64,000 nucleotides of DNA, taken from assembly GCA_951406725.2 (NCBI GenBank), contig OX597818.1, positions 62,806,001 through 62,870,000 of the forward strand. Reading direction: 5' to 3'. Made by a program: the position numbers and the translations under genes. The stretch comes from Octopus vulgaris (taxonomy: Eukaryota). The notes under the pieces were generated by a model. It ran no database searches. It was not told the origin of the DNA and saw only the letters and a list, made by a program, of their open reading frames with translations. Every line of letters starts with the position of its first letter. Positions within the stretch are counted from its first letter, which is position 1. Shown piece by piece: positions 54,130-64,000 of this stretch.

Positions 54130-55170
54130 ATTTACCAAAATTACATAGAAATATTTTGAAATAATAAAGAGTAAATTTCTTCAATAAAATCGTCATTGAC
54201 TCCAAACATAGCCTCCACACGACTTCAAAATCTCCTGCGACTCATCTGGACGGTCTTCTTGTTTAAGTTGGTGAATGCTGCCATAACCCTTGCCTTCAGT
54301 TCATCTTTGCTATTACAAGAAATGTTGTTGCTCTCACATATAATTGTCTGACAGCCATGACTGGGTTCTCTTGCTCCTGTGGCATGGTACAGTGACCTGT
54401 TGCTAGGATTAGGGTCTTCCGGCAGCCACCCGCTTGACCCGGGGCAGCACTACCGCATCCAGGTACTTGATGTAGGCCTCCGTGTTGAGTGTAAGGCCTT
54501 GTGGGAAGATGGATGGAGGAATGGGATGGAAGCACTCCGTCGGTTACGACGATGAGGGTTCCGGTTGATCCGAATCAACGGAACAGCCTGCTCGTGAAAT
54601 TGACGTACAAGTGGATGAGCACTCCACAGACACGTGCACCCATAATGTATTTCTCGGGGATATTCAGCGTGACACAGAGAGTGACAAAGCCGGCCCCATG
54701 AAATACAGGTACAACAGAAGCAGGAAGTAAGAGTGAGAGAAAGTTGTGGTGAAAGAGTACAGCAGGGATCACCACCATCCCCTGCCGGAGCCTCGTGGAG
54801 CTTTTTAGGTATTTTCGCTCAATAAACATTCACAACGCCCGGTCTGGGAATCGAAACCGCGATCCTATGACCGCGAGTCCGCTGCTCTAACCACTGGGCC
54901 ATTGCGCCTGCACGGATGGAGGAATAACGTCGCCATCACTAGTGATCACTCCAAAAATATTCGTATTGGAGGTTCCAGCGCAAATGCCAAGCAGTACAAA
55001 ATGCTGTTTCCAAATCTCTGGCAGAGTGGACTACGTGAAAGAACTGTTTTCTCACAGACAGTGTTCATCACACCCTACAATATTGTGTGTTCGAATAAAC
55101 CAAAAACAAGCCATGCGCCTGCGCGAAATCAAAAATATAAAATACCGACATTTTACCAATCGCGCCCTTC
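54130..55170 (-). mobile_element. Tc1/mariner (DD37D maT-like) transposon remnant interrupted by SINE A
   Basis: Minus strand IFGVITSDGDVIPPS | IFPQGLTLNTEAYIKYL..VLP..QQ..PCH.SKRTQSWL..ELKA..F*SRVEA. A putative TIR gaagggcgcgattgg lies next to TA at about 55170. Confidence 0.7.
54527..54910 (-). mobile_element. SINE family A inserted in the transposase
   Basis: 12-nt TSD ggatggaggaat (54511-54522 and 54914-54925). Confidence 0.9.
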
Positions 55171-55192
55171 ATATATATATATATATATATAT

Positions 55193-55525
55193 GATACTAC
55201 TCGACAACTGCGCAGGTCTACCGATTATCGGTGATGCGAGCAAAGTGCCCAGCCCATTTAAACTTGCTGCGTGTATATTCTACGATGACAACCTCACGCC
55301 AGACTTCTCTCTGATGAGCTCGCTACTGATGTGCTCTCTCAACGAGATTCCAAGCATTGACCTCTCCATGGATCTTTGAGCTGCTACTAATCTCTGTTCT
55401 TCTCTCTTTGTTGTAGTCCATGTTTCACTACCATATAACATTTCAGATAGAACTGTGCTATTGATGACGTTGGCGCGGGTGGTCCTGTCCAACTTTCCCT
55501 CGAGCACATCCCTTATGACATTAAA
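55193..55525 (-). pseudogene. RTE-clade LINE ORF fragment
   Basis: [62 protein letters not shown]. Confidence 0.85.
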
Positions 55526-55536
55526 CTTATATGTAC

Positions 55537-55637
<101 letters not shown>

Positions 55638-55657
55638 TATACATATATATTATTATG

Positions 55658-55728
<71 letters not shown>

Positions 55729-55815
55729 TATGGGTCGATATATATAGGCGGTGCTCCAGTATGACTGCAGTCACATGAGTGAAACAAGTAATAGAATAAA
55801 GGAATATATATGCAT

Positions 55816-57060
<1,245 letters not shown>

Positions 57061-57065
57061 GATGC

Positions 57066-57176
<111 letters not shown>

Positions 57177-58110
57177 AATCTCTGAGCGATGTATAGACAG
57201 TAGCAACAGGACATCGTGAAGTATATTTGCCGCCTAAATGTGGCTAACCTTTAAGGGTCGATGCTACTGTAGCTTGTAGCCACAGGAAGACATCTCCTCC
57301 AGCTGGCTATTGACACACTATCTGTGCCCTATCAGGATTTGCAAAGGGAAATCATCGTTCCTATCTGTAGCTTGACGTAATACCCACGGACATGAGTTTC
57401 TGGGTATTGACCTTGTGAAACTTGTACAGCTGTCGAACTGTTTCGATATTTGATTTGGAAAAGATGGATGCACATTTAACAAGCATGGTGTGTACTCTTG
57501 AAGGTGGAACTCGGATTTGATATCAAACGTATTGATTACTACCAAACAAAAGAATCACAGATAGTGCTTGCACTTTATAGAAAATAGAATGAAGAACTGT
57601 AACTGCCAGACAATAAGCATATTCGCATCTTCGCGGTTGATCATTCAAGCTCGAAATAACAGCTAAATATCAACATGTCATGAATGAGAAGTCCATACAT
57701 ATAACACATGTTAACTATTGCAATGTCAATAATCATTAAACTACGAATTAAGTTATAGTATTCGGGCATAAAATATTTCCGTATTTAAACATGTATCCGA
57801 CGTATGCACAATATGTAAATGTCTTTTAGCTATTTCAACTAGCTTCTGGCTTGTGTTTCCTTTAATTAGCAATTGATATCTGGTTATCTTCTCATGCAGA
57901 AACGATAGGTGTACGTAGTTTCTGACAAGTGGTCACCCAACCGTGAAACATTTAGGTTACTTTCTTTCATATTCCCGGTTTGAGAACAATTATAATGCAT
58001 CTGTACCTTGATTTGCTTTCTATATTCACACTTTCGCAAAGTGGACATTATCAACTGTTAGGTATTCTACACACACACACATATATGTAAATATGTATGT
58101 GTGTGTATAT

Positions 58111-58190
<80 letters not shown>

Positions 58191-58248
58191 CTTTTTATGA
58201 ATATACAATATCTGTACACCACTTCAAACACTCTATACATACATAAAT

Positions 58249-58290
<42 letters not shown>

Positions 58291-58341
58291 GTTTTTGGTG
58301 CTCTTTGCTGCATAAATACGTATTAATTTTAGCATATATAA

Positions 58342-58397
<56 letters not shown>

Positions 58398-58445
58398 TAT
58401 ATAAGTACATATATATAAATGTGTGTGTGTAATACATATGTAAAT

Positions 58446-58485
58446 ACAGGGGTTGGTCAAAATAATTGAAACAGTTGAAATTTAA
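58446..58485 (+). mobile_element. Isolated Tc1-like TIR
   Basis: TA-caggggttggtcaaaataattgaaaca; no partner TIR seen. Confidence 0.4.
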
Positions 58486-58616
58486 CTTCAATATTTCAAT
58501 GAGCCACTATATCATGAATATCCTTCCAAATTTCATTGTAAGTGATTTTGTCCTGTATTTGGTGGTTCCTTAAAAAATGGTCGAATTCAGAAACATATAT
58601 ATATCCTCTTTTCTTC

Positions 58617-58925
58617 TTTTATTTGTTTCAGTCATTTGACTGCGGTCATGCTGGAACATCCACATCGGTTGTCAAACGATGGTAGTAATGGTGGGGTGGT
58701 GGTGGGGTGGGGTGGGCAAACACAGACACAAAAATACACACACACACTCAAGCACACGCACACCCACATAAATATATACGACGGGCTTCTTCCATTTTCT
58801 GTCTACCAAATCCATTCACAATAGCCTCGGCCCGAGGCTATTTTAGAAGACGCTTGCTCATGTTGCTACGCAGTGGGACAGAACCAGAAACCATGTGGTT
58901 ACTTAGGACGCTACTTACCACCCAG
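58617..58925 (-). mobile_element. SINE family C (diverged)
   Basis: gtttcagtcatttgactgcgg..gtctaccaaatccattcaca..aaccatgtggtt. Confidence 0.75.
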
Positions 58926-59485
58926 ACAGACATTGCGATATTAAGAAGCCAGTGTAGAACTCAATATACAGCGATTCAGAACGATGCGTTTGTCTGATAC
59001 TGATAAAATGAAAATGAGAACGCAAAGGAATAAACAATTATATTATAAACTCCATTAGCTCACAACTGATTCTGCTATATCATGAAGTAGACGGGAATGA
59101 CTCAGTCACACCTCTTACCAGAAACAGCTGTAAGGTCACAAATTTCATAGGCTAATTTATTCCGTTATCGTCTCTCGTTTTAATTACATACGTAATACGC
59201 ACACATATGTATGTGCACACATACACACACAGAGTCACACACGCACTCACACAGCTATCATATATCCATAAAAGGCAACATGGATTAAATTGAAGAGGTG
59301 TACATTCATATCTAACTCTTGAACATTAAAGTATGAAAGGTATTCACTGCTAGAATTCGTGAAGAAATAGTCCTTCCCACAGGTATTCTGTGTAAAACCT
59401 TCTCACGAAACCCTGCTCAAATTAAGACCACTTGTTATTAAACATGCTGTTTCGGTTTGATATCGCAACTTTAGGTTTAAATACC

Positions 59486-59956
59486 TGTTTCTTTATTACC
59501 CAGAAGGGGCTAAACACAGAGAGGACAAACAAGGACAGACAAACGGATTAAGCCGATCACGTTGACACCAGTGCGTAACTGGTACTAAATTTATCGACCC
59601 CGAAAGGTTGAAAGCCAAAGTCGACCTCGGCGGAATTTGAACTCAGAACGTAACGGCAGACGAAATACCGCTAAGCATTTCGCCCGGTGCACTAACGTTT
59701 CTGCCAGCTAGCCGCCTTCAGGTTTAAATACCTATTTCTTTACTACCCACAAGGGGCTAAACACAGAGAGGACAAACAAGGAGAGACAAACGGATTAAGT
59801 CGATTATATCGACCCCAGGTACTTATTTAATCGACCCCGAACGGATGAAAGGCAAAGTCGACCTCGGCGGAATTTGAACACAGAACGTAACGGCAGTCGA
59901 AATACGGCTACGCATTTCGCCCGGTGCGCTAACGTTTCTGCCAGCTAGCCGCCTTC
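59486..59956 (-). mobile_element. Two SINE family B monomers in tandem, separated by a third copy of the TSD
   Basis: aggtttaaatacc at 59473, 59720 and 59957. Confidence 0.9.
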
Positions 59957-61003
59957 AGGTTTAAATACCATCACACAACCTTCTCATAACTGGTGAAACA
60001 CTGGATGGCAATTTCCTCACCGTCAGAATTTGAACTAAAATTTAGACGTGTTACTCTCGCGTAGCTTTGACCATCGTCTCTAAAATAATCTATCAGATAC
60101 ATTAAATGCAACGATACACTTTCCTCTTTGCAATACATTGTCTGTTAATTTGCCACTCTAGCCTTTAGCAACTTTTAAAATTTATCAACTAAAAATTTGA
60201 CAGCAATAATAAATTGTTTACTTCGGAAATACAATATATTCCATTAATATAATTGAAAAGATAAACAATTTATTTGGTATCCTATGCAGAAAAGTGTTAG
60301 CGTATTCACAGAAAATTCTAGATAAAATTATGTATGAAACAAAAGAATAGCTTTTTTTCATTGAGAGTGTTCGTCTGCGACAAAACTCATTCACGGTATC
60401 TTCGGTTAGGAAGAACGATAAGCGAACACTAAGAATAGGCAATATTGGTTTATACAAGGTGTTCATAAAGTCTTTCCACTGTAAGCATGTTATGGCAAAA
60501 TAAATAATTATAAAATGGTATAAGTTTAGGTAAAAGATATATTGGACTTTACAAGACGTTAAAAAACTTTATAAGAGGTGTTGAAAGTGTCATCCTTCAT
60601 TTTAAATATATAAGTTGACTCTTCTACACATGTTTTGAAAAACGTCTCGGGTAGTCTGACGCGGTATGGATCGCATGTAGGTTATGATTGCGAATTTTAG
60701 CTCATTAATAGATTTGGGCGATTCTTGTAAACTGATACTTTACTTGTTTCCCGAAAAATTCCCTACTGAGAGACGCTTTGAACACCCTGTTCGATGAATA
60801 TGTTTGAGTTCGGGTAGGTAGGTACATTGAATTATTTTGCAAGTACATGCGTGCATTTTATGGGTGTGACAATTTACACGTACACATACAAATACACACA
60901 CACACACACGAACACACACACACACAGACACGAACACACACACACACACACGCACGCACACACATACACACACACACACACGCATGATACATTGGCTCGT
61001 TAA

Positions 61004-61325
61004 TGCGCATGGCTTAGAAGTTAGGTTATTTGTGGTGTTGTAGAAGCCTGAGTTCGAATACCGGTTGCAGATTGCGTACTTGCGCGCGACACTTTTTTTT
61101 CCACGCTGCTTATATCCACTCACCTGGCAGCAATGCATTGTACCTGCAATGCAATGGGGGACGGCCTTGTTATGTTCGACAACGTTACGCTGAATCGCCC
61201 TGAGAACGACGTTCAGGATGCGGTTGTTTGTGGTGTGTTCGGTCAGTTGCACTTTAATTACGAGTAAGCTGTTCTGTTGATCGGATCAACTGAAACTCAC
61301 GACGCCATAATCAACGAAGTCCCAG
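61004..61325 (+). mobile_element. Old SINE with a tRNA head and family A-type tail
   Basis: gcgcatggcttagaagttag..gagttcgaatacc; tail gctgttctgttgatcggatcaactg. Confidence 0.6.
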
Positions 61326-61541
61326 CTGAATCTATACATACATACATACATACATACTTACATAGATAAATACATACATGCATACATACATATATATGTA
61401 TCAGAGGGTACTAATAGGCAGCTGATTCGGTTCTCTAGATTTGAATTCCTGTTATCAGATTAACTGCCGTTCCTTCTGCATCATTTGCGGAGGAAAGATA
61501 CAACTCCTACAATATTTACATGATTTACATTTGACGTATAC

Positions 61542-64000
<2,459 letters not shown>

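Overview
AT-rich, repeat-saturated eukaryotic (animal) non-coding DNA, either intergenic or part of a large intron. The SINE repertoire and microsatellite load look like those of an octopod cephalopod, which is my inference from recall and not a database result. I found no intact protein-coding gene, rRNA, bona fide tRNA or CRISPR array. Nearly all listed ORFs are artefacts of microsatellites or SINEs. The window holds three recurrent tRNA-derived SINE families (here called A, B and C). It also holds decayed LINEs (RTE, CR1/L2, R4/Dong-like with a PD-(D/E)xK nuclease), Penelope-like remnants, mariner/Tc1 fragments, Helitron/Helentron-type non-autonomous elements, fold-back elements and very long simple repeats. 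One of these repeats is a >2.4 kb (AAT)/(GAT) higher-order array running off the 3' end. The most interesting signal is a set of small non-coding elements carrying hammerhead-ribozyme motifs in Penelope-type architecture. One is a 436-nt-period retrozyme-like unit with a complete type I hammerhead core at 47175-47249 (minus strand). The other is a Pol III tRNA-headed SINE-like element ending in a minimal hammerhead and arranged as a fold-back at 31431-31974.
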